A stretch of DNA of 63,616 nt, counting the filler, from Perkinsus chesapeaki ATCC PRA-425 (lineage: Eukaryota > Protista > Perkinsozoa): NCBI GenBank assembly GCA_013115145.1. It is 8 parts of 8 records of this genome, joined end to end, with 100 filler letters (N's around TTAATTAATTAA, not from the genome) between each part and the next. Parts side by side here need not be neighbours in the genome. Positions count along the whole stretch, not along the records: positions 22,760 to 41,916 come from JAAPAO010000646.1; positions 42,017 to 51,919 come from JAAPAO010000923.1; 6 more parts are not named here. One strand, written 5' to 3'. The position numbers were made by a program, and so were the translations under genes. The notes below the pieces were generated by a model. The model was not told where the DNA came from, did not search any database, and was given only the letters and a program-made list of their open reading frames with translations. Below, one piece after another: positions 35,757 through 48,500 of this stretch. Numbering within the stretch: position 1 is the first letter of the stretch; every line of letters starts with the position of its first letter.

Positions 35757-38700
35757 ATGCAAAGTTTTCAGCAAATTGCGGCATCGGGAGACAGTAAGCA
35801 CAAAAAATCTGCACGCACGCGTAAAGATTCTTCAGCTCCATCAGGCTCGCCGGAGAATGTATCCCAGGAGCTGCTGAAATTGCAAAGTTCAAGGTCGAAG
35901 TGGGTCGGGATTAAATGGCGCGCGGGAAAACTTTGCTAATGTCTGAAAAAGTGCAGTTACTCTGGTGGGAGATCGGACCGACACGGAGGAACTTCGAACC
36001 GGTGGGGTCGAATTTTGGGATAAATTGAGTTGAATTTTCGTTCTGAAAAGACTACATCGCGGCATTTTCGGGACATCTCCATTTTTTTTGGAAATTTCCG
36101 GGAATTTTTTTGGAAAATTTGTAAATTTTTCTCTGGTTTTTTCATATTCTCATTTGGATCTTCATTTTCTTGTATCCATCCGAGATACCATACGTTTGCA
36201 ATGCTCGCTTGGGATCGGAATTTAAGGAGTTCTTCCGAAATCGGAAATGTGAAACTTGGGCTTTACTGAAGCTGACCGAAATATCTGTTGGCCCTGCACT
36301 GCCAGCGAAATTCACTCGCGCGGCTATTCCGGAAAATTTCCGTTTTTTAGTGGATATATTCCTACCAGGGATTTATAGGACCATCAGATGCTTCGAGAGG
36401 GAATCCATTATTTTTGGTCTGGGAAAATATTTTCTTCTGAAATTTCCGTCTCGTTTCCGCATTGGAAACACACTTGTGTGAGGTTAGAGACTCCCTGAGT
36501 GCAGCACTTTAACGAATTTATTCATCTTTTCCGCGGGAGAACTCCGCTCCTTCTTTAGGTTGTACGGTAACACCGATGATGCTACTCGTTTGGGAGATAA
36601 CCTTTTAGCGGCTTTCAGAATGGCAGATAATAATACAAATGGTATGCGGGAGGAATTGAACTCGCGATCAATGGGTTATTAGCAGCGCCGCGTACCGGGC
36701 CGCTATCGACGCCACAGGGACTTGCAGGAGTTTTTCCCTCCCCTTCTCCTGCGGAGCCTCAACCGGCCAGATCTCAACAGCAGCAGCAGCAGCAACCTAG
36801 ACCAAGATTCTCTCCCACTGAAGTGGCAGCGCTCGCTCAAGCTCAATTGTAGGATCGACGCAGGTTCGATTCCCAGGCCTTGTATTTTTATCAGGTCTCG
36901 CTCCGGCCATCCCCGTTTGAATCCAACGGCAGCTCCTCAACCGGCAGAGGCTTTCAGCAATTTTGCCACCCAGCAACCCGCTGCTAGACTGCCGAAATCC
37001 GGAAGCTCCATCACGCACGTTCCTACTGAGTCAAGTCGAGCGGTGTCTGAGGTAGGGAATTTTCAAAATTTTTCCCCTTAGATTCAACGCGCTCTTAATT
37101 TTTTCCGAATTAACTACAAAAAAGTGCGGAAATTTTCGCAGTTTTTTCCGTCGGTCGTTGAGCTCAGTTGTGACGCTTTCGCGAAGATATTCCCCCCAAA
37201 GCACCCTGATACTCGCGCCCAGCAGCCGCAGCAGCAGCCCGCGAGATCAGCAAAAAATTGTCGAGTGCTTTCATTGACAGTTTAATTTCCAGAAAGTTTT
37301 CCCGCTAAAAATGCATTTATTCTCGGAATTTTTTGTCGGAAGTTCGATGAAAAATACTCATTTTTCCATGTTTTTGCAATTGAATTAGATCCCTAGGTTC
37401 AGTCTTTGATAGCGAAACTGGAGGCAAACGACAAGCTCAGTGGGGGAGCGATGGCAGCGACCCAGCAAAGACAAAACAACACTGCATTAATGGTAAAGAA
37501 ATGCCCTCACCGAGGATCGAACCTGCGCCCCTATCAGCGCCAACTTGTCGCGAATCTATCGGCATTGCAGAGTTCGCTCAATCGAGGCACGGCGGCTTCC
37601 AATCAAAAAGGAGGGGTCGGCGCGATGCAACAGCCGCAACCACAGCAACCACAACAGCAGGAAAATCGTGGTAATCGATTATCTGGGCGTGCGCTTTTTA
37701 CACTTGCGAGATTTGGCCAGGCGACGATGGAGGACAGACGGTTGCTGATTTGCTGGAGAATTTAAAGAAGTTGATGGACACTCATAAGGCTGAAAATGCC
37801 GGTGGGGATTTCGTGGCGCGTGAGAATTGCGGTTATTGAGAGGGATTAGGATCGACGACACAGCAAGGCCGGGGGAATGGTCAGAGGATGACAGTTGCGG
37901 AAATGGAGGAGAATTTGTTTAATACGTTAAAGAAGAAGGATCAGGTGGGGGAGGTCACGGGTTCGAATCCTGACTGGTGTATTTTCGATTTTTTTAGCCT
38001 CAGCAACAACAACCTAATGCACCGACTACTTCGTCTTCGTCTGTCACAAACCGTATAATAAATGTAAAGCTCCGGTTAGTGAGAAAACGTCACGCGCCAC
38101 GAAATAGGTACCACTTCGTGTCGTACCACGTTCGGAGGTTACAAAGTATAATGAGAAGGTTAACGTACCGGAAGAAAGTAAATCTTGCAATCTTGATAAA
38201 TATTGCATTTCCTCAACGCTTAGATCCTGGTAAACCCAGCGAGCTTGTTTGTGGTCTTGATCTGCAAGTAACAACGGCGTGGGTTCGATTCCCAAGAGGG
38301 GTATTTTTCTGCATTTTCAGTCGACTTCTCGCGGATATTTAGTTTTATATATTTCCCCTTTTCCCGGCCAACAACATTTCCAGCTTGGTGACACAATTTT
38401 GGCGATTAATGGCGTTGGATTGGTACCGAAGACTAACTCGGATGCGAAGGTAAGAAAATCTCGCTATCTTGATAAGTCTTGCATTTCCCCAACGTTTTTA
38501 GTACATTCGAACGGCCTTTGGAGAGAATCTTTTTGATGGTGTTCTGTGCACTGTTTTGAGGACGGCTGAAGGAAAGGAGCAGATTGAATCATTTCGATCA
38601 ATCAATGTTAATAGGCGTCTTTATATAGAAGGTCTCCTGCAAGGTGAGAAGGTGGAAAAAAATTTTTCCTGGTTTTTTTCTTGAAAATTTGTCATTAATC

Positions 38701-39655
38701 ATTAAATTTGTCGATTTTTAATATTTTGCGGGAATTTTTCCCATTCCTGATTTTCTTTTTTCGCATGAGAACCCACCGCTTCTTGACTTCCGGCAAATCT
38801 TAAAATTTACTTTTTTCCAGAAAAAAATGGTGTTTTTCAGCAACGGGCGTGACCTGGAAGGAACTCGTGAACTCTGGCTTGGCGAATGACCCCGATGTAG
38901 CTGTTGCGGAGATGGCAGGCCGGAAAGGTTGCCGAGGAGGCCTCTTGCGTGTCTCGGCGGAAACGGCGGCGCCCATGGTGCGGAAGGGCGTGGGTTCGAG
39001 CCCTGCAGAAGACGTTTTAATATTCTAGGTTAGCCTCCACGGCGATCGGGAAAGCGTCGAACAAGTTACCGAGCAAGTGACGGAATTAATAACAGTTCTG
39101 GCGAAGAGGGTTCGAGATGAGCGGTCAAATAAGACGGCCGCCGAGCAAGCTGTAAGAAAATAGAAATATAACATTTTCAATAGGAAATATTTCAGATAGT
39201 TTTTACTGGAAAATTTGGTACCTCGAATTAATGCGGATTTTTTTCGGGAAAATATTTGAATTTTCCCGTTTTTTTGTGTCTTAGCACGCCGGTGCAAAAA
39301 TTTTTGTAGATTCCTGTGGGACAGAGAAATTTTATGAGAAAATATTTTAAAAATCGTTATGAATGATTTTATTGTTATCAGGCCGCAGAGCTGAAGGCCG
39401 CGGTGATGGCTGTCGCGGGTGGCGGTGCAGCTAAGCAGGGTAAGACGGCAGCCTTTCAAGCGATACGTCGTTGGTTCGATTCTATCTATGTCTATTTCAG
39501 AATCCCCGCTGCCTTCGTCAGAAAAGGAAGATTCTTCCGGAAAAGACGAGCAATCCGGGAAAAATGAAGATTCCGAAAAAAACCAAAAAGCCGGAGACGC
39601 TTCCGAGGCCGGCGATTTCACCTCCGCGAAGGAATCCGAGGATGATTCGGGTTGA
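35757..39655 (+). CDS. Large Gln-rich/coiled-coil protein with a PDZ-like domain, many exons
   Basis: Spliced CGLDLQSTSRGYLVLYISPFPGQQHFQLGDTILAINGVGL; frame continuity checked across 8 introns. Confidence 0.65.
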
Positions 39656-39857
39656 GAGAAATCTTGCTATCTTGCATTTCCTCAACGCTGGGAGTGCTGT
39701 ATCATTGGCGACATCTTTTCTACGTATCTTGATTCGGAGCGTAAAAATGCGCACTACGAAGAATTGGAGGGAGTATCTTTATGAAACATTTCTCGAGAGA
39801 AACAGAGGTTGAGTTGAGTGGTTAATCATAATCGATCAGGTGATCGATTTTGACAAA

Positions 39858-41916
39858 ATGGTCGGCGTATCGTTTTCAGCCTCCATGCTCGATAGGATCC
39901 TGCGCACAAGGCCGTTGCCGACCGAACCTGACGTTTTAACTCGAGAGTCGGATACAGTAGAAGGTGACGAAATTTGGTCAAGTTTACATTGTGTGAAATT
40001 TGTACCGAAAATCGTCTACTTCAAAGTGTTGATAGATATGATATAGCAATTGCGCACGTGTGCGCGCACGCGGATTCGGAACACCCGTTGCGATAGAGGG
40101 AATCGTAGAGGAACCTTAAACCCAGCAGGAATGCAGCATTAAACTTTACTTCTCAGGTTGGGAACATCTCTCCCGTCGAACTGTATAAATTCACTGTAGA
40201 GACACGTTAAAGCCTTCTAGGAACATATTCTCATGAGGGTGTAAGATTCTTGTATACGGCACCTCACTGGCAAGATTATTGTTCAACTGCCCACGAATGC
40301 CATCGCCAAACTTGTACATTATATTATTATTTTTACAATATATCTAATAATAATATTTTACATATATTACTTACCATAATTGTACTTCTACATTTTTATT
40401 GTATTTACAAATCCGTTTCATTATTTTCACCAGAGGGGTTGAATTATTTTTTCATTCGCTCTACTGCTTAGATTCTACACATCTTCATCGGGTCCTGCGG
40501 TTGAGAGATTTGGTGGCTTTTGGGGTGGGTTCGACCATCGGAGCAGGTGAGTGTCGCAAAAAAATTCTCGGAATTCCATCTCCCGAGGGGAAAATTTCTT
40601 AGTTATATGAGACACGTTCCAATCAAATCACCGATTTTTCTCAAATTTTTCGCTGTCTTCTAGGCGATAAAACACGTAACAGAAATTTTGCCCGTATTTT
40701 TCGCGTTTTTCCGTTCATCTCAAGGTATGTTTGTTTCGATCGGCGTCGGTGCTCGGGAAGCTGGCAGCTTCCTTTGGCTCAGCTTCATCCTAGCGGCACT
40801 GGCCTGCGGGTAAATTACAAAAGTGTTAATCATGAAACGCTTCGCTCCGCCTTTTAGGATATCTGGTCTTTGTTATTGTGAGATGAGCTCCCTAGTCCCA
40901 GTTGCTGGCTCGGCTTACAGTTATGTCTACACCATCCTGGGAGAGCTACCAGCGGCAATTATAGGATTCGTGCGCATGCGTGCATACCGACATTTTTGCT
41001 AAAATTTAATCAGGTTCTGTGTATCGATAATTCGATTTCGGCCGCTGCAATCGCGAGGGCTTTTGCGGCATATATGAACGTCTTGGCTGGTGAAAAATTA
41101 CCAAAAATTCTGTAATAAATTCGTGGCGCGTGACTTTGTTCATTTGTGTTTAGTTACGATTATGATTTTGGCCCATCTGATCATCTCTGGTCAATTTCTA
41201 TTTTATCGTGTCTCCTTTGTATCCTCCTCGGAGTGTTGCTCTACCGAGGAATAAAGCAAACCAGCAAGTAGGAAAAATTCCGAAAAATTTTCGGGGAAGT
41301 TTTTGATGAAATTTTTTGCGACATTTTCTAGGGAATTTAGTCTTGAAATTTTGCAGAAAAAAAAGGAAATTTTCTTCGGATGGAAAATTCCTTGATCAGA
41401 ATTTCAACATTTTTCTGTCAGCTTCAATAACTGGAGTACCGTTGTCAATATGGTGGTTATCCTTGTTTTCATTATCGGCGGTGAGTATGTTATTTCGATT
41501 TAGCGCTCGCCCAGTTGATCGATTTGTCAGGCTTCGCTCTATTTCGTGGGAGCATATGGAATCCTACAACACCGGAAGGGATCGTCAGAGGATCGGGAAG
41601 AGTGTTTTTTGCTTATCTTGGATTTGATGTCATCAATTGCTTGGCTGAAGAGACTACAGAAGTAGGGCGAAAATTTTGGGAAAATTAATATCTTTGAAGT
41701 TTTGAGGGAAAATTTCCCGGAAAATTCCAGAAGTGGAGGGCGCAGGTTCGATTCCCACCGACTGCATATTTCAGGCTCGCCGATTGGTGCCGCGAGCGAT
41801 TATCATTACCATTGGGATCTGCTGTGTAGTTTATGTGCTTGTAGTGTAGCAAGTCATCCCGAGACGTAACAGTAGTTTCATCAACACAAGAACCTGGCAT
41901 TATGTTAGGATGGTTG
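39858..41916 (+). CDS. Cationic amino acid transporter (APC/SLC7-like), truncated by gap
   Basis: LHRVLRLRDLVAFGVGSTIGAG, SGLCYCEMSSLVPVAGSAYSY, CLAEE...PRAI. Confidence 0.92.
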
Positions 41917-43755
41917 NNNNNNNNNNNNNNNNNNNNNNNNNNNNNNNNNNNNNNNNNNNNTTAATTAATTAANNNNNNNNNNNNNNNNNNNNNNNNNNNN
42001 NNNNNNNNNNNNNNNNGCATAACTTGACTCAGCATTACCACCACCACTCGGTACACGCAATTCCTCAGTCGTAGGCATGAGAATGAGAGGCTATCGAGTA
42101 CGAGATTACAAGCTGAAACAAAGCAGATATCATGCTCATAAATAGTATCTCATCAAACTATACTAATCATCATTAATTAGGGCCATCATGAGAGTGGTCC
42201 TCAGCGAAACCGTCGAGCCGTTTCTCCTGGAGGGGCGGAGCGATGTAAAATATACAGTGACATTATCTTCATATGCCCTACAAGGATTGACTAGTCTTGT
42301 TCTGGTCTGCGCAGTGTGAGTCTGGGGGGGCTCGGGGTGTCAGATCGCGTTGTGTGTGATGGTGGCTGCCCTAGGGGAAATGCAGGATGAGATTTGGGTT
42401 CAATTCCAGCCTCCAATGCAGCAGCAACTCCGTGGCCGATTTCCTCGAAGAGAGATTCCCACGTAAACTTACTGACCCTGCTGCCTTGGTCACAACTTTG
42501 CTCGGCTTTGGTCGTTTCACTCTCTACACGGAGGTCAAAGGCCTTTCCCTGTTATGTCCAAATGGTAAACAGGTCTACATCATTGGCCGCTTAGGAATCC
42601 CAAGTTGGGATGTTAACGATTGGTACACATAAAACACACTAAATGTTTAATCTCCATAAATCACGTTCATGCCCAACTCGGTTGCGCGAAACGCATACAC
42701 AGCCAGCTCGCTCGCTCCTATTCAGATCATCGGCACTGCCGATTCGGCAGTTCGACTACCAAATTTACGTTCACTATTATCTCGTATGTCATACGAAATA
42801 TTATGATAATATCCATAAGTTATGGAAAGCTGCGGCCGCAGCAACTGCCTTTTGAAGTTTTTCGCGCCGGCCCCGCCGGCGCTTCTACTCCCAGCTTGGT
42901 CACCCCAGGCTTTCAGCTCCTCACACTGAGTGTGACACACTCCCATGAACTGAAAATACTCCGGGTCAGATTCGAACCGAGAACCTTGCCCATTTCAGAT
43001 GGCCCTTATAGTATAAGGCTTATGCCACTTGAGCAATCCGACTACACAATTCAATGTCGCATTGACTCAATATTGATCCCCCAAAAAGTGCTAATCGCTC
43101 CGCCGGACAGACAAAGTTTGCCAGTTATTCCGCCTCTGGGGATTGAACCTTTGGATTAACCAACTAGTGATCTCCCAACTGAACTGAATGAAATTCGCAA
43201 GTGTACGAGCCATCGGGTGACACCCGACTCATACACCCGACGGGTGTACGAGTTCGAGGAGTACGAAATCAAACTGAACCAAATATTCGTGTACGACACT
43301 CATATGAACGACATTTTTGTGTACTACTTGGCCCTGAAGTTCAGGGCATGAACCTATTTTTGGTGTATCACATTTTGTCGACAGAGATTTGAGTGAACGG
43401 GAATTTGGTGTACCAGTTGAAGGTCAAAAATTACGTGTACGAGTTAGGTGTAGGTGGCAGCTCGATCGCAATAAGAGGGCCGAGCAATAGATTATTGCAC
43501 ACTGCGTATTATCCTCACCACTGCGCTATAACTAACGCAACGAGTATCTCGGAATGACAGCGAACTATGCCATTGCATGGTTGTCAAGCGTATCTTATAG
43601 TCGAACCACCAACTACCAATGGTGCCGTCTCTCCACGATTTACCTGAGAAAATATTCAGACGGAAGCAGCCCCTCCAAAAGGAAGCCGTTCTAATATGAA
43701 AAACCAAGCCGTCGAATGGTTCTAGTCAGGCAGCTTAGTTCCAGCTTTCATCCAT

Positions 43756-44966
43756 CTACCTCAGGTAGACTACCTGTTCGTTTATTCCTTTTTTCTTTTG
43801 CCTCCAGGCAGCAACTGCCGCCAATATAAAAAGTAATGTCAATATAAACATTACAATCGCGAGCCATAAGGTCACCCGAGCAATGTTGTTAACTACAACG
43901 TATGCAGTTCGGCACCATAGACCAGTCTGAAACAGTAACAATAAAAGTATACCCCGACAGTCGGGGCCCGACTCAACGCACGATTGCATCAACTATTCGA
44001 TAAGGGTTTTGGCCGGCTGCTGACAGAACTCAACTGACGAAACGAGCTCAAATTCGATTATCCGGAGATTAGCAATCTAAAAATAAATTTCATAGACGAT
44101 TGATTTTACACTTAGTAAATTGTGGTGAGGTAGAAGGTTCGAGTCTATATATGTCACTTGACTGTGAAACTGTTCAGTGCCAGAGAATCTTATTCCATAA
44201 TTCCTTAACTATTAGCGATTCGGCGCTGAAAAGTCGTATAAATTAGGGAACTCTTCGGCCCAAAACTAACAGAGACCGCCGTTGGGGTAGGCTATCATCG
44301 CGCTAGTCACTACGGCTTGAACAACAACCCCGTAACGATGTATCGATTATGCATTCTTACGACTCCTTTGGCATCGACTTGGTCCAATCTTGGGGATGAT
44401 ATACATTTCGAATAACCACTTCCCGACTCGGTGCCTGGTCTTGGTGATGTTGCAGCTCCATTGAGGGCCGCTGTTGTAAATTGATGGTCGCACAATACCA
44501 AAGAGAATCTTCCGTCAAATCGGCTTGTCTCTTGGCCACCAAGTCGGCAATTATCGTTCTTGTAGACCTCACCAAAGTCCTTCTCGAGCTCACTGAGCAA
44601 CGCTTTCGCCGACCGGGACAGAGTCGCAGGGTTATAATTGTGTCGATTGGCATTGAAGAAGTCCGCTGCCCATGATGATAGCCACAAGCCAGCCAGAGCA
44701 GTGAGGGCAACATAGAGAACGGCGATGAGCAGTACACCGGTGATGCCTTCGTGAGAAGCTTTCCAAGTGGAAGAGCGGCTAATACCGAGAATACCAAATG
44801 CAATGAGGGTGATGGCAATGAAGCCGCCGGCAATGTAGACGTACCAGGCCGGGATAGGACGTGTTATCGGGTAAATGTAGACGGCAGTTGCAGTGGTTAG
44901 GATGGCCAAACCGATGATGGCTATGATGAGGGAGAAGGTAATTAGATATACTTTGGATATACCCAT
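43756..44966 (-). CDS. Tetraspanin-like four-TM protein
   Basis: Three N-terminal TM helices, a large Cys-containing loop and a fourth TM in the 43756-43992 exon. Confidence 0.6.
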
Positions 44967-45519
44967 AAGAGAGGCTTGATAAAGCTGATAAAGACAAATA
45001 CAAATTTCAGCTGAGGAGACGTGTGCTTTCCTCAGGAGCTTATGCGGTGATTGGGCTCTCGCACCTGCAATCGATGAGTTTTTTAACTGCTCACGCGAGG
45101 GTTGATATTGCAACCCTTCACGCTTGTGCGCTGCCCAACACATACTTGATGACCTGACTGTTTGGTAACTTATTTTATTCGGTCACACATTCTCCATTGA
45201 AAAGGCAATCACTTGCTCTCGTTGCTCAAGAAGATATCTACAGCAGAGGAACGACCTTCTTGCCACGATTTTTTGGTGGTTGTCATTTTTCCGGCGCGCG
45301 CTAGAATTCTTGAGCGAAGCGATGTAAAAGTATCATTTTTCGGGCGGCCTCCTCCTCTTGTCGTTTATCCATGCCACAAGAAAGTATACGCCTCTGTATC
45401 GGGTAACTTTTCGTACGGGCTCGCTGGATTGGAATCTTGTTTAATTTTTAAGATATATGGACGATTAACAATTCGTCTTGTACCTTCAGATTGCATTAAT
45501 GACATCCCTTAGAAATGAC

Positions 45520-48500
45520 CAGACTGCTGTTGCTTTAAAAGAATCTTTACTCCCTTTACGCACTCGGAAGGATTTCTCCAAGAACCGTTGTGGTCGTCGT
45601 CATCATCAGCAGCAGGCTAATATTATTGGCCCAATGTGTGGTGGGATCTTGTCTGGCTTTCTTGTTATATTTCGGGCAGTATCTTTCTCATCAGTGTAAT
45701 AAGAGGGGGAAAGACGGGAAAAACGGAAAATTTCCGGGAAAATTGGAAATTTTTCGTAAAAGTCGGAAAATTTCCGGAAAATAGAGAAAATTTCCGGGGA
45801 AAGTTTGATCTACTCTTATGTACGACAGAGATATCCTTTCATAAACTCCTTCAGTCGAGAAGACCAATCGGCCTCGTCGTCATCGTCGGGCCACAGAAAT
45901 CACACTGAGAAATTGATGAATTTATTATTGCCGGTTTTCGGCTGTTTTAACCATTTATTATAATATTACTATTATATATTAACTTTAAATGGCTATTCAT
46001 TATTTCCCGGTTTTGACTACCTTTCGACTGTTTGAAAATGTCAAACATGTTGTTGTACGAAAACGCATTTTTGTTTTAGTGTTGTTTGTCCATTAAATGC
46101 TATTCATTCAGGTATTTTAAGGATCCTATCCTCAGTCCCTATATCCCTATATGCCTCCAATCATTATTAATATCTGGTATAGTAGCACAACTATGTTATA
46201 TCAATCATCCTATTAAAGGCTGTATTGCCTGCCCTAGCTCCACAGCGGTAATATTAACTAATTATTTCCACGGTTGTGAAACTTGGAGTTCAAAACCAGC
46301 GTTTTTAAGACGATATCTCGCCGATCAATTTTCGTTGCCGATTTTATCGTATTGCCGAAGACACGTGAAGCAACTGATCGGCGTTGAAGTCGCCGTTCAT
46401 GTTTAACAATGGATTACTATTCTATTTCACTTTCAGGCAGTTCTGCGCGTGCCGATAGCTTTGCGTCTAGGCATGAAACGGTTGATCGATTTACATAAGC
46501 TCTTTCGCTGTGTGGTCTAGTACTATGCTACGAAATTCCAAAGTCGTAAACTCAGTAGCCGACGAGAAATCGCTAAAAACGAAATATTCTATTTCATTGG
46601 GGAGGACTGTACGAGATGGACTTTACATTTTTTGGTTCTGATTTTTTACAAATGTTTTCATGGTCAGTTCGGAGATGATAATCCGTAAAAGGACTTTACT
46701 GTTGTATTTCTGACGCTCCTCAATCTTGAACGCTTTTGAGAAGATTCTTAAAATTATTTCCATTGAAACGAATCTCAGGTGTGCGTCTACTGTTACAGAT
46801 GGGGAATAGTTCCGCCTAGTTGTGCCGAGGGGGGGGATTTTCTGAGTCATTTTTTCAGACCCCCTTTCAAGCCGCGCTGATTACTTGTGTTATTTCCAAT
46901 CTTGGCGGTGCGATGGTCGAGGAATCTTTGATTCTTCAGGGTGCGCTTTTAACCTTTGCTATAAGTTCCATACTGTAAGATACCCTTGGTCAAATGATTG
47001 CATCGCTCCGCTTTTTTTCAGATTTGGTTTTTCGCTTCTTGCGGTTGTTACGATTTGTAAACGTGAGTACCTTGAGGCTTTTAAAACGGCCTTTCCTCAA
47101 GTAATAACGATTTTCCAGCGCGCCACGAAATTATTATTGGTTTAGCCAGTAATTTACGGATTTTTCGTCGCTGTTGGATTGGCCATGATCGAAAGTTCAT
47201 TGAAGGTTGCAGTTGGTGAAGATATCTTAGGTTCATGCGTGCACAGCAGGTGAGATATTCTCCCGAGTGCGAGATAACTTTTCCCATTAAATTTCTGGGA
47301 ATTTCCCTAAATTTTAAGTTTTTTTTCAGAACTGCGATAATGCAATGCATCGCATCCCTCCTTTGCGGTTTGTTAAACCGTTTCGGCTCACGTTACCTAA
47401 AACACTACCTGGCACTCCCGGGAATATTAATGAGTAAAATACGAAATCGATCACGCGATCGATTTGGATACCTTATTTTTTCTAGCCGAGATAGCCGTTG
47501 CCTATGTCTTGCTGGCTGCCTCTGGGATGAGCGTTGAGGAAGCTCGAGAGGACGTAAGATTGCAAGATTTATGATATTTTCAGAAAGATATTTTTCAGGG
47601 TTGGTTATTTAACTCTGTGGCAACCGGGTCGGTGTTTACGTTACCGACTAATTATGTGGCGCATTCCTTTTCTGAACTTCGACCGATGATTTCTAGCAGT
47701 CTTTGGAGTGTAAGGGTATCTTTTGTTGGCATGAAATGCATGGTTTGACCTTAGATACTGGCATCGATGATCGTTGTTTTATGGGTTGATCTGGCTGCTG
47801 GCACTGTGGTGAGTATTTGGGCGGAAATTGTGCAATTTTGTGACCATGTTTTTCGATTTTCTGTTTGGTGAACTTCTTGGTGGGACTTTACACGCCTGGA
47901 ATAGTCGCGAGGTTACTACGAAAATGCCGACATTTTTCGTACTTGTCGAAGATGCTGATAACTTATATTTTTCCCGGAAAATTAGATTTGTCGGATTTCT
48001 ATTTCAAACATGTGTTCATTCTATAGGGCAAAGTTGATTCCATTTTCAACGAATTATATAGCTCCGTTGGGTATCATAGGTTGAAGCGCGCAGGATGCTT
48101 AACAGGTCGAGTTTAGGTTCCGATGGAAGCTACTGCTGGTGGTGAATTAAATATGCAATCTGAACTGACTCGGGCTGGTGTGACCAATTTGGCGTGCGGG
48201 GCTACGGGAGGAGGTGTTTCATATATGAGCCTTTCGCCAACAAGATTGAACGAAGATGCGGGTGGGTTGAGCTATTATGTATCTTGCATGCTTCAAGCTA
48301 AGATTTCAGGCGGTGGAAGCTCTCGTTTATCGCTTGTGTTTTCCATTCTAACTTCTTCCATTTGGCTTTTCTGCGGTGGAGAAGTTCTTCAATTCGTCCC
48401 GAAGCCATGGGCGGCAGGAATGCTATTGCATTTAGCATTTGGGTAAGCAAAAGGTCGTCGGTTCGAATCCCGGCCGGGCATTTTAGATCCTCGATGATTT

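Noticed and set aside
26228-39690. Recurring peptide ILHFLNA / IAFPQR in several ORF-track translations
   Set aside because: It is the translation of the intronic ATCTTGCATTTCCTCAACG module, not a protein motif.
42393-42410. GGGTTCAATTCC as another B-box intron
   Set aside because: It sits right after an acceptor in an open frame (DEIWVQFQPP) and is more simply explained as coding sequence.
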